Source: Priapulus caudatus
Taxonomy: Eukaryota
DNA length: 64,000 bases
Reading direction: 5' to 3'
Assembly (NCBI RefSeq): GCF_000485595.1
Contig: NW_014577064.1
Location: 1,062,223 to 1,126,222 of the forward strand
Below are positions 48,816-61,300 of this stretch, piece by piece. Both the position numbers and the translations under genes were made by a program. Within the stretch, counting starts at the first letter, position 1. Every line of letters begins with the position of its first letter. Under the pieces are notes generated by a model, which had not been told where the DNA came from, searched no databases, and saw nothing but the letters and a program-made list of their open reading frames with translations.

Positions 48816-51370
48816 GAATAAACTCTAACATGAAATGAAAGAAGTATGCTATATGCCACATAGGTTAGTATATAGTGTAAGAAACCGTCGTAATTTCATA
48901 TTGTGTTTTTAAAATTGGGCTTTTGACTTACAGTTACAGTTACAACTATAACTAAGTATAACTTTAAGTTTTAACTTATTTTATACAACTAAGTATTACA
49001 ACTTACAAGTTATACTAACTTAGTTATAGTTATAAGTTATAGTTTATTAGTTATACTTATAGTTAATAATAATACTATTACTATTAGTATTAGTACCGGT
49101 AGTATTAGTATTATAAGTTTTTATAACATAATCATTATAATGTAAATTATGTATGTTATTTATAATTATAACATGAACTTTAGAGTTTAGTATTTACTAA
49201 TAGTAGTTCTCCAACAGGGCCAACAAGCCATTACTACTACTAGTACTACTAGTAGTACTACTACTACTAGTACTAGTTACAGTAATTACTAGTAGTAATA
49301 GTATACAGACTACAGTATATAATTACAGTTACTAATAGTATAACAGTACGTAACGAAGCACAATTATTTATATAAAGAACGTAACAAAGCATAATTATTT
49401 ATTTTAGATTATCACTTGTCTTAACACAGTTGAAGCTTCAAAGTTTTATAATATAACAATACATGGTCAGTCCTGAGTCTGACTCTCACCACAGTGAGTT
49501 ATGAGACAGAGGCATTTGACTAGGATATTGCTATAATATATAAAATTGCTCTAAAAAGTAGCTCTAAAAAGCTGCTTGTCCAGCTGACAAGCTACTGGAC
49601 AGGTCTACTTGTCCTCCATAGAAATGGACAAGTGAGGACAAACGGATAGCCCTTATTTCGAACACTGTAATGTGGGTAGTGGCATAGTTGCTTAGGTAGG
49701 GCGTGTACAGGATGTAAGACACTTCTTGTGCATGCTTAGCATGCTTGATCTCATCACCTTCCTAAAATAATGGTCGAGACACTGTAGTGACAACCACCAA
49801 CCGTAATGTTTGCGTCAAAGTCATAGTGACTAGCTCCAGCTACTCTGCAGGTGTTAGCAATTGGTGTTAGCTCAATGTTCTGGTCAAGACACAATGAGCA
49901 ATTGTAAGATTTAGCGTCAAAGTCACAGCGACCGGCCCCAGCTACATTTCAGGCATTTACGACTGGTGTTAGGTCAAAGTTCGTCTTCTTTCTCGATAAC
50001 AATGGTAGACATTTGACGTTTGTAAACTCAAGACTGTTGGATGTTACATAGGCTCACCATTAATTCTGCAGTTGTGTGGTTAGGATAGCTTTTTTTTTAG
50101 TCTGGCAACCTTGCCGAATAAATGCCTCAAATCGTATAAAACCGAATTTTACTATAATCATAAACACATAAACCAGTCTGTTTAACCGATGCTATCAAAA
50201 TCCTTTACAAAACAGTTGAGCTGCCCAATTTTGTTAAGAAATGTTGTCATGTTCCAATGAAAACATTATTTAGGGCTGCGGTTCGCTGTTCACGAAATAT
50301 TGCATGACAATGTTACTGGAAATTAAAAATAATTATAAATATTTTTGTCATTATGTTATCTATGGACATTATCATGTGCTTGACAGTTGTGCAACAGCTC
50401 ATTATGAACAATAATTACTAATTTTCTAGAATGTCGTTAGATGCTATGGTTGGTCGTTATTGCTGCAGTGTGTCATGACCTTAAGGCTTAACTCTGACAG
50501 ACAGTGACGTCGACAACGTGGGTTTTATATATTCTTAAATCTAAACGTAGATTGCCCCGCTTACATATATATGGGTTCTGAAAGTGGACTATTCCCATTA
50601 TAGATAAGACAAGCATAGATCTATAAGGAGTATATATATACTATTGAAGATTGAAAATGTGAGATTATTGTAAATGAACTAGTAACTCTTATACTAGTAA
50701 TATATACCTAAACAGCGGCATCCAAGTCTATTGTACATTTGTCTTAAAACATTAACTTTGCCTTGTAGACCATTGACAGAAACATCGTGAACTTATGAGA
50801 ATGAAACATCCTAATAAATTTACTCTTAGTATTACGAGATCCTAGACCCTCTTGTAACTTTAAAATTACGATGAAAAGAATGTAATCACTCGACAAAATT
50901 GCAATTATAATAATAGTATATTTTATAGTAATTAGTAAAACCTCTGTTTTCTTGAAAAACATGTCTGCAACAATACTTGTCTCTCAGTCGTGTACAAAAA
51001 CAATATTTACATGTGTCAATTGTTCTTTTTTTATGTTTGGTCGAGTCATGACAATTGCATCTTGTTTTACTTTGCAGAGTAATGTCTTGCAGTGCAGTAT
51101 AAAAAGATGGGGATGTTGCCTTTCCTTCAGTTGTTATTTAATCGTGATTAACTAGATCATAACAAGCAAAATATAACTAGCATTGTATTGACAGAAACAC
51201 ATTGCAGCTACGACTAAACTTACGATTCTAGGAATTTGATAATTTGCTGTCACAAGGTTGATGATTGGATGAAAATCCATCCCAAAACTTCGTGACACAA
51301 ATTTAATGTTAGGATTAATTTTTTTCTTGACAACGAGCGTTATACCAGGTTTTATCCATTGATTTCATTG

Positions 51371-51435
51371 CCCTGGCTGGGTTTTGAACTCACGGTTTTG
51401 TCAATTACATGTCAACATGCTAACGACTAGGCTAC
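51371..51435 (-). mobile_element. tRNA-derived SINE head (degenerate)
   Basis: Reverse strand GTAGCCTAGTCGTTAG (A-box-like)...GAGTTCAAAACCCAGCCAGGG (B-box-like); no intact cloverleaf. Confidence 0.45.
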
Positions 51436-51476
51436 GAAGCTATATAACTGTGCAAAGTTCTAATTTTCAATTAATG

Positions 51477-51680
51477 TATACGCCATATTTTTTGCATACA
51501 TATATTTTCGCGAATTCAGACTTGAAGGACAATTTCGCGAGTGGTTAATTTCGCGGTCGGTGAATTCCCGAATCGGTGAAGAACAGCGTGTTGTTATTTT
51601 CGCGTGTTGTTATTTTTGCGGTCAGGGACGCGTTTGCGAAATTCGCGAAAAATAAACCACCGCGAAATATACAGCGTATA
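51477..51680. mobile_element. TA-flanked MITE with TTTTCGCG repeats
   Basis: TATACGCCATATTT...AAATATACAGCGTATA ends; repeated TTTCGCG/CGCGAAA motifs. Confidence 0.6.
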
Positions 51681-52237
51681 GAATAAAATGGTTTCTTTCT
51701 AAAATCTACTTTATATGCCGTATACAGTAGATATTAGAAAGAAACCATTCTCATAACAGTTTACATTTATACAGCAGAACTAGCATCAATACTATTTCTA
51801 TTAAATTGCTATTACAGTTGCCACTAATTATGGTATTTAAACCATATGTCTAAGCGGATAGCATATATATATATGTATATATATATATTTATTCGGGCAG
51901 CGAATACTGGTGGTTGCACTGGTGACTTCTTCAAAACGATTAGCATATATGCAAACATAATTTTTTCTACTAAGGATATTTGGATTAAAAACGTTTAACG
52001 TCGACTTAGTTCTTGTACTACCACTATTGTATATAATATTATCTTGATATTATGTTCTGCTACGTTCTGACATACAATGACATACATTGTTGTTTTGTGT
52101 ACGTAACAATAGTGACATATTTTCCTAACATGTTTTGACCTTGGCTTTTTTCAATTACAGGTGCAACATATTCATGTAATAGGTCGCTATATCGGATTAC
52201 TCACTCAGACGAGCTAACCACCATTAAATCGGGCATC

Positions 52238-55200
52238 ATGGATTCACTGACACAGATCAACACCTACCACTCCTTTGTGAAAATGGTTGGCGATCAAACA
52301 GCGAAGGAAAACCGCCTAAAGGCGGCGCAGGAAATCAGTGAGAATCTCGAGGCGATTATCGTCTCTCCGCACTACCCTTCCTTCCTCGAGCACATGATTA
52401 AGACCTTCCTCAAGGTGCTGCAGGAGGAGGACCCGCAGTTCATCTCCGAGTTCAACATCCAACAGCTGCGCAAGCTCACGCTCGAGGTGATCCATCGGAT
52501 GCCGACGAACGAACACCTGCGGCCGTTCGTCAAGCAGGTGCTCAGCGCGATGTTCAAGCTGATTCAGGTTGAGAACGAGGAGAACGTGCTCGTCTGCCTG
52601 CGCATCATCATCGAACTGCTGAAGCAGTACCGGCCGCAGTTCGCGCCGGAGATCCAGACGTTTCTCGCCTTTGTGAAGAGCATCTACAAGGAGTTCCCGA
52701 ACCACGTCGCCGCGATCTTCGAGCCGAAATCGCCGATCAAGGTCGCTGACATTCTCGACATCAGCATCGAGACGCTGCTCACAGAGACGTTCACGATGAC
52801 GACTGTGCAGACGGAGAAGAAGAATGCAGACGGCACGCCGACTGCGTACAACCTCATACCGAAGGCCGTCTGCTCGCTGAAGGTGATGGCTGAGCTGCCA
52901 ATTATCGTCGTACTCATGTACCAGCTGTACAAGCAGAACGTGCAGCAGGACGTTGCTGAGTTTGTGCCGCTCATCATGATGACGATCATCCTGCAGCCGG
53001 CGCCACAGCACCGCGTCAACCCGGCCTTCAACAAGGAGCTGTTTGTCGACTTCATCGCCGCGCAGATCAAGACGCTTTCGTTCCTCGCCTACATCATCAA
53101 GTCGTACCAGGACGTCGTCGGGCAGCACGCCGCCCACCTCGTCAAGGGCATGCTGTCGCTGCTCTCGCTGTGCCCACACGAGGTCGCACACCTGCGCAAG
53201 GAGCTGCTCATCGCCGCACGCCACATCCTCGCCACTCACCTGCGCGTGCGCTTTGTGCAGCACATCGACCGGCTCTTCGACGAGAACGTGCTGATCGGCG
53301 GCGGCTGGACGGCGCACGAGTCGCTGCGGCCGCTCGCGTACAGCACGCTCGCCGACCTCGTCCACCACGTGCGCAACCACCTGTCGCTGACCGACCTCGG
53401 GCTCGCTGTGCACCTGTTCTCGAAGAACGTGCACGACGACTCGCTGCCGAGCAGCATCCAGGCGATGTCCTGCAAGCTGCTGCTGAACCTCGTCGAGTGC
53501 ATCAAACAGAAGAGCGAGCAGGAGAGCGGCAACGGGCGCGAGCTGCTGATCCGCATGCTCGAGGTGTTTGTGCTCAAGTTCAAGGTCATCGCCAAGGTGC
53601 ACCTGCCGCTCATCCTGCAGAAGTGCAAGCCGACGTCCGCGCAGCCGCCGCCCGCGATGCAGGTCGGTGGGCTCGGCCAGCACACTGGTTCACAGACGAG
53701 CATCGGCTCAAAGCCGCCGACACCGACCGCGCCGCTCACGCCGACGCCTCAGCTGCTAGTTGGGCTGCAGCCGGCAGCGACAGCTGTTCCCACGGCGACG
53801 CCGCCCGAGGAGAAGTTCAAGATTCTCGACAAGGACAAGGACGAGAAGCAGCGATTCGGCATGTCGCCGCTAAACATCCTGTCGGTGCCGGACTGCCGCA
53901 GCCTCGTCAAGACGCTTGTCTGCGGAGTGAAGACGATCACGTGGGGAACGGCGTCGTGTAAGGGCTCGAACGATGCCGCCTTCGTGCAGAGCAAACACTT
54001 CCAGTCGAAGGAGACGCTCGTCTTCATCCGGCTCGTCAAGTACGCGCTCGCCTCGCTCGACATCTACACAATCAACTATTCGGCGTCGGGCCAGATGTCG
54101 CTGCGCACGCCCCAGCAGCAGTCCGTTCGTTCAAAGGAGGAGAAGGAGGTGCTCGAGCACTTCGCTGGCGTGTTCACGATGATGAACCCGCAGACGTTCC
54201 GCGAGATCTTCGCGACGACCATCCAGTTCACGGTCGAGCGCATCTACAAGAACTACACGCTGCAGATCGTCGCGAACTCGTTCCTCGCGAACCCGACTAC
54301 GTCGGCAACGTTCGCTACGATCCTCGTAGAGTACCTGCTAGAGCGACTCGAGGACATGGGCTCGAGCATCGAGAAGTCGAACCTTTACCTGAAGCTGTTC
54401 AAGCTCGTCTTTGGCTCCGTGTCGCTGTTTGCTGACGAGAATGAGCAGATGCTGAAGCCGCACCTGCATCGCATCGTCAAGCGCTCGATGGAGCTCGCTA
54501 TGCGCGCACAGGAGCCCTACAACTACTTCCTGCTGCTGCGCGCGCTCTTCCGCTCGATCGGCGGCGGCAGCCACGACCTGCTCTACAAGGAGTTCCTGCC
54601 GCTGCTGCCGAGCCTGCTTCAGGGGCTGAACAGCCTGCAGAGCGGGCTGCACAAGCAACACATGAAGGACCTGTATGTGGAGCTGTGCTTCACTGTTCCC
54701 GTGCGCCTCAGCTCCCTGCTGCCCTACCTGCCGATGCTCATGGATCCGCTCGTGTCGGCGCTCAACGGATCGCAGACGCTCGTCAGCCAGGGCCTGCGCA
54801 CGCTCGAGCTCTGCGTCGACAATCTGCAGCCGGACTTCCTCTACGACCACATCCAGCCGGTGCGCGCCGAGCTGATGCAAGCGCTGTGGAAGACGCTGCG
54901 AAACCCGAACGACAGCATCGCTAACGTCGCGTTCCGCGTGCTCGGCAAGTTCGGCGGTGGCAACCGCAAGATGCTGAACGAGCCGCAGCGGCTGCAATAC
55001 AACGACAAGGAGACGCCGGGCCCGTGCGTCACCGTCTACTTCCAGGAGATGAAGACGCCGATCACACTGCCAGTCGAGCGCGCGATCGCAGCCGCGCTCT
55101 CTGCCCTCAAGTCGGGCACGACTGAGTCGTACTACCGCAAGCAGAGCTGGGAGGTGATCAAGTGCTTCCTCGTGTCGGCGATCAACCTCGACGATGAGAA

Positions 55201-57898
55201 GCACACGTTGCAGCAGCTGTTCTCGCACCCGAGCTTCGTCGAGCGCGAGATAGCGCCGATCCAGCCGCCGGCGTACAAGTGCGCCGACTGGGAGGCGCGC
55301 GGCGTGCACGTGCAGGCGCTGACGGGGCTGTTTGTCGCCGCGGCGATCAAGGAGCTGCGCTCGGCCGTGCTGCCGACGATGGCCTCGCTCGTGCGCCACT
55401 ACACGATGGTGGCCATCTCGCAGCAGTGCGGCCCGTTCCCGATGAACGAACGGCAGCACAAGCTGCAGGGCATGGACTGCTGCGTGCTCATCGACGCGCT
55501 CGCGATCATCATGGGCCACGAGGAGAAGGAGCTGTGCAAGCCGGGCCACCTCGCTCTCGTGCTCATCATGGACATCGCCAGCACGCTGCTCGGCTCGAAG
55601 GAACGCGCCTGCCAGCTGCCGCTCTTCGACTACCTCGTCGAGAAGATGTGCGCGCTGTGCTACGACCGCGCGTGGTACGCGAAGATGGGCGGCTGCATCG
55701 CCATCAAGTTCCTCTTCGAGCACATGCCACTCAAGTGGGTGCTCGACCACCAGTTCGTCTTCCTCAAGGCGCTGCTCTTCGTCATGATGGACCTCACGAA
55801 CGAGGTTTCGAGCGGCGCCGTCGACATGGCGAAGTCGAACCTCGAGAAGCTGCTCATGGAGTGTAGCGCGTCGATCGAGTCGCAGGACGGCGCCGAGGAG
55901 CTGATCGCCGCGCAGAAGAAGTCGTTTCACAGCGTGACGCACGAGCTCGTGCGGCAGGTGACGTCGCCGAACGCGACCGTGCGCGAGCAGGCGATGCACT
56001 CGCTGCAGGTTCTCGCTAAGACCGTCGCCAAGTCGGTGACGGAGATCATGGAGCCGCACAAGGAGGTGCTCGTCGACATGATTCCTCCGAAGAAACACCT
56101 GCTGCGCCACCAGCCGGCCAATGCGCAGATCGGCCTCATGGACGGCAACACGTTCTGCACGACGCTCGAGCCACGCCTCTTCACGATGGACCTCGGCGTC
56201 GTAGAACACAAGGTGTTCTTCACCGAGCTGGTGAGCCTCTGCGAGGCCGACGACGCCGTCCTGCTCAAGCTGCCCTGCTACAAGTCGGTGACGAATCTTG
56301 TGCCGCTGCGCAAGAGCGCGTTGTGCGCGCTTGCCGCGTGCCACTACATCACCGCATGCCAGGACAAGATCTTCGGGCTTCTCTACAAGGCACTGAACTC
56401 GACGAACAGCGAGCTGCAGGAGGCCGGCTACGAGTGCATGAATAAGTTCCTCGCCGGCTGCCAGATCGACATGGAGATCGTGCACAGCGCCATGCGGCCG
56501 CTGCTGCTCATGCTCGGCGACTACCGCAGCCTCAGCCTCAACGTCATCCAGCGGCTCTCCTACCTAACGCAGCTCTTCCCAAACACGTTCCACGAGAAGC
56601 TGTGCGACCAGCTGCTCTGCCACCTGAACAAGTGGCTGGACGCGGCGATCGCCGCTCAGAAGAGCGCCTCGGCGGCGGCTAAGAACAGCGGCGCCGAGCT
56701 GTCGACGTGCGTCGCGATCATCGACATCTTCCACCAGGTGCCGGCGGCGAGCGCAAAGTTCGTCGAGCAGCTGACGCCGCTCGTGCTGAAGGCCGAGAAG
56801 ACTCTGCTCGTCGAGGCGGGCAGCCCGTTCCGCGAGCCGCTCATGCGCTTCCTCCTGCGCTTCCCGCAGCAGACTGTCGACATGTTCCTCGCCGAGTCAA
56901 ACGTCAAGGATCAGCAGTTCACGCGCTACTTCCGCTACCTGATCCGGCGTGACACCGGCGAGCCGTTCCGCGCCGTTCTCAAGTCCAACCCGAACCGGCT
57001 CATCGCGATGGCGTTCGGCACGATCCAGGTGCAGGGTCAGATGGTGCAACCGTCGAGTCCGTCCGGCACTGGCACGACGAAACACGAGCTCGAGTTCCAG
57101 GCGGTGCACATCACTAGCATCATCGTCAACTTCGACGACAAGTGGCTGTCGTCGCAGACGCAGCTTGTCGCGACGTTCCGCAAGATCTGGATCGCCGACG
57201 CGTTCCAGGATCGGCACCGCAAGCTCGACGGCGTCGACTTTGCGCACTGGTCCGGTGCAAAGCTCATCGTCAAGTGTCTGTTGAACTACTGCAAGCATCA
57301 CCCGAACGACGTCGAGTTGCTCTACCAGCTGCTGCGTGCACTCACCGGTCGCTTCATCCCACACTTCCAGGAGCTGCGCGAATACCTCGAGACGAAGGTT
57401 GCGCACGACTATCCGGTCGAGTGGAAGCGCAAGGCCTTCTTCAAGTTCGTCGAGATCTTCCACGACCAGAACTTCCCGCAGACGCTGAAGGCGAAGATCC
57501 TGCAGTGCGTCATCATCCCGACGTTCCAGTCGGCGTTCGAGCGCGGCGACGGTGAACGGCTGATCGGGGGCCCGCCGGCGCCGGACCAGGACAGCAACGA
57601 CAACGTCGTCAGCGTCTTCATCAACCGCATCATCGATCCGGAGAAGCCGTTCGGCACGTCGGACGCCGTGCGCATTCTGCTGCTGCAGTTCTCGTGCTTG
57701 CTCGTCGAGCACGCGTCGCCGCACATACACGACTCGGCGAACAAGAAGCAAGGCAACAAGCTGCGGCGGCTGATGACGTTCGCGTGGCCGTGCCTGCTGA
57801 GCAAGAACTGCGTCGATCCGACGACCAAGTATCACGGTCACCTGCTGCTTGCGCACATCATTGCCAAGTTTGCGATTCACAAGCGCATCGTTTTGCAG
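52238..57898 (+). CDS. TRRAP: TRRAP (PIKK pseudokinase), first coding exon, HEAT region
   Basis: 1887 codons with Tra1/TRRAP motifs (FIAAQIKTLSFLAY, HLRKELLIAARHIL, YFLLLRALFRSIGGG, VSQGLRTLELCVDNL). Acceptor ttacag| before 52161; donor TTGCAG|gtattt. Confidence 0.98.
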
Positions 57899-58338
57899 GT
57901 ATTTTATAACGCAGGCACGTACCCACATGGTACAACACCTAGATGCAAAACAATGTTTTTTTATAACTAGTGGCGTTCGTTAGTGGATTGAGTAACTGAG
58001 ATTTCATAGTATCGTTTCACATGGTAAATGTGCCTGCCCAAACATGCAGTTTAATGTCATGTAAAATTTATTTAGTTTCAATCACACACGCATCGATAGC
58101 AGGCAGTTGTAGGTGATAAGGTTTACCGATTGTTTGAGATCATATTTGTGAGTAATAACAATTTGTTTGCATAGCCATATACTATTAAATTACAATCAAT
58201 TAAATCAAGAGCTAATATTACCTCTATTATAGTTATTAGCTATAGATATGATGAGCTCTCGATTGAATGTTAGCTACATATATATGAACTATGTGGCGTG
58301 AGCCCCCCTCATGCCGTTGTGTCCTTACTGCGTTGCAG

Positions 58339-61300
58339 GTCTTTCACAGTCTGCTAAAGGCACACGCGGTCGAAGCGCGCCTCGTCGTGCGACAGGCACT
58401 TGAGATCTTAACGCCGGCGATGCCCGCGCGCATGGAGGACGGCAACGGCATGCTCGCGCACTGGACGAAGAAGATCATCGTTGAGGAGGGCCACATCCTC
58501 GCGCAGCTCGTGCACATCCTGCAGCTGCTCGTGCGCCACTACAAGGTCTACTACCCCGTGCGGCACCACCTCATCGCGCACATGGTCACGTCGATGCAGC
58601 GTCTCGGCTTCACGACGACCGCGCAGATCGAGCATCGCAAGCTCGCCGTCGAACTCGCCGAGGTCGTGCTCAAGTGGGAGCTGCAGCGCATCAAGGACGA
58701 GCAGGAATCGGGCGGCGACACAGCGATAGCGCTGGCGGACGCCGACCTGGCGGTCGCGAGCCCGCAGACGAAGCGACCGGCGAGCGCCGAGCTGCCCGAG
58801 CCGAAGCGTGCGCGGCACTCGTCGTCGGGGACGACGCTCGCGACGGGAGACGGCAAGCCGCTGGACCGCGCGCACTGCGACACGGTCGTCAACTTCCTCA
58901 TCCGCATGGCTTGCCACGTGAACGAGGCGGCGACGGCCGTCGGCTCTCCCGGCGAGCTGCTGTCTCGTCGCTGCGTCGCGCTGCTCAAGATGGCGCTGCG
59001 GCCGGACGTGTGGCCGAGCGCCGAGCTGAAGCTGACGTGGCTCGACAAGCTGCTACTGACGGCGACGCGCGGTGACGCCGACGCCCCGCAACCGACCAAC
59101 TTTGCGAACGTGTGCACGGGGCTGGAGATCCTCGCGTTCCTCGTCGGCGCGCTCGCTAACGACGCGATCCTGACGACGTTCAAGCCGCTGCAGCGCGGCG
59201 TGTCGGCGTGCATGTCGTGCGCAAACACGAAGGTGGTGCGCGCCGTGCACAGCCTGCTCTCGCGGCTCATGGACAAGTTCCCGACGGAGTCGTCGACGTC
59301 GAGCGTCGCGTCCAAGCACGAGGAGCTCGAGTGTCTGTACGCGTGCGTCAGCAAGGTGATCTACGAGGGCCTCGCGCAGTACGAGAAGTCGGCCAGCAGC
59401 TCGCCGTCGAGTCTTTTCGGCACGCTGTTCATCCTGAAGGCGGCGTGCTTCAACAACCAGTGCTACATCGATCGTCTCATCACGTCGTTCATGCGCGTGC
59501 TCCTGAAGATGACGCGCGAACACCTGTGTCCGTCGTCGTCCGAGGCGAATCCGGCGACGAGCGAGCTTCTCATCCTCAGCCTCGACCTCGTGAAGAACCG
59601 CGTCGGCGTCATGAGCAGCGACATGCGTAAATCGTTCATCGGCACGATCCTCGTCGGCCTGCTGGAGAAGACGCCCGACATGAAGGTGATGCGCGCCATC
59701 ACGAAGATGGTCGAGGACTGGGTGAAGACGAAGAACCCGATCCACATCAACCAGGGCCCGTCGCTGCGCGAGAAGTCGATCCTGCTCGTCAAGATGATGC
59801 AGTACATCGAGAAGCGCTTCCCGGACGACCTCGAGCTGAACGCTCAGTTCCTCGAGCTCATCAACCACGTGTACCGCGACGACGCGCTGCGTGGCACCGA
59901 GCTGCACAGCAAGCTGGAGCCCGCCTTCCTCGCCGGCCTGCGCTGCCCGCAGGCGCCAATACGCGCAAAGTTCTTCGACATTTTCGACCGCAGCATCCGC
60001 CGGAAGCCGTTCGACCGGCTGCTCTACATCGTCTGTTCGCAGAACTGGGAGTACATGGGTCCGCACTACTGGATCAAGCAATGCGTCGAGCTGCTGCTGG
60101 CTGTCGCCGTCACCGGCACGTCGATGTCCGGCTGCCTGCCCGCCGGTCAGCTGCCGTCCGTCATGTCCGTCATGGCGTTCGCCGACGGACAGGAGCGCGC
60201 CGAGTTCACGATGATGACGAAGATCAAGGAGGAGCCGATGGACGTCGAGTCGGTGAAGGAGGACGAGGAGATCGACATCGAGATCGGCGGCGGAGCGGAC
60301 GATGGCGTCGCGGCCGGGCTCGGCAAGGACACCGCCGTGAAGAAGGACGCTCACGACCCGAAGCAGAACCTGCAGCTGCTGCTCACGCGGCAGGCGAAGT
60401 TCCTCGAGGGCCTGCGCGACGTCAAGACGGTGACATTCCTGTCGGCGCTCGCGCAGCTGTGCCACGCGAACACGCATCTCGCGCACGACGTCTGGCTCGC
60501 GCTGCTGCCGCGCCTCTGGAAGGTGCTCAGCGAGCGGCAGCAACAGACGCTCGCCGCTGAGTTGCAGCCGTTCCTCTGCAGCGGCGCTCACCTGATTCAG
60601 AAGGACTGTCACCCGAGCGCGGTGAACACGTTCACAGAGGCGGTCGCCGCGTGTACGCCCAGCGTGTCGATCAAGCCGGCCGTTCTCAAGTACCTCGGCA
60701 AATCGCACAACCTGTGGCACAAGGTGACGCTCATGCTGGAGCAGATGTCGCACGAGGGCGGGGCGGGCGCGGGCGGGGGCGGCGGCGGGGGAGCGCTGAG
60801 GGCAGGCCGCGCGGCCGACTGCTACGAATTTGAGCCGGTCGTCACGCCGCAGCAGGAGATTCTTGACACGCTCGCCGACATGTACGAGGGATTGCGCGAG
60901 GAGGACATGTGGGCCGGCCTGTGGCAGAAGCGCGCCAAGTACACCGAGACGAATGTCGCCATCGCCTACGAGCAGCACGGCTTTTTCGAGCAGGCGCAGA
61001 CCGTCTACGAGACGGCGATGGCGAAGGCGCGCTCCGACCACAACTCGCAGACGGCCTCTCCCGCCCTGCACAGCGAGTACCGGCTCTGGGAAGAGCACTG
61101 GATCCGCGCGGCGAAGGAGCTCAACCAGTGGGACCTCCTGCTCGAGTACGGCAACGCGAAGGGGCACGGCAACCCTCTACTGATCCTCGAGAGTGCGTGG
61201 CGCGTGCCCAACTGGTCGCTGATGAAGGACGCGCTGGCGCAGGTCGAGCTCAGCTATCCGAAGGTGCTCGCATACAAGGTGAACATGTACCGCGGCTACA

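Noticed and set aside
49808..49985. Diverged ~100-bp tandem duplication upstream of the TRRAP coding exon
   Set aside because: Two degenerate units with no coding or structural signal; an ordinary local duplication.
51371..51435. Possible tRNA gene
   Set aside because: Only degenerate A/B boxes and no convincing cloverleaf; treated as a SINE relic.
57899..57970. ORF-track ending of the 1910-aa protein (VFYNAGTYP...)
   Set aside because: Read-through into the intron; TRRAP homology resumes at 58339.
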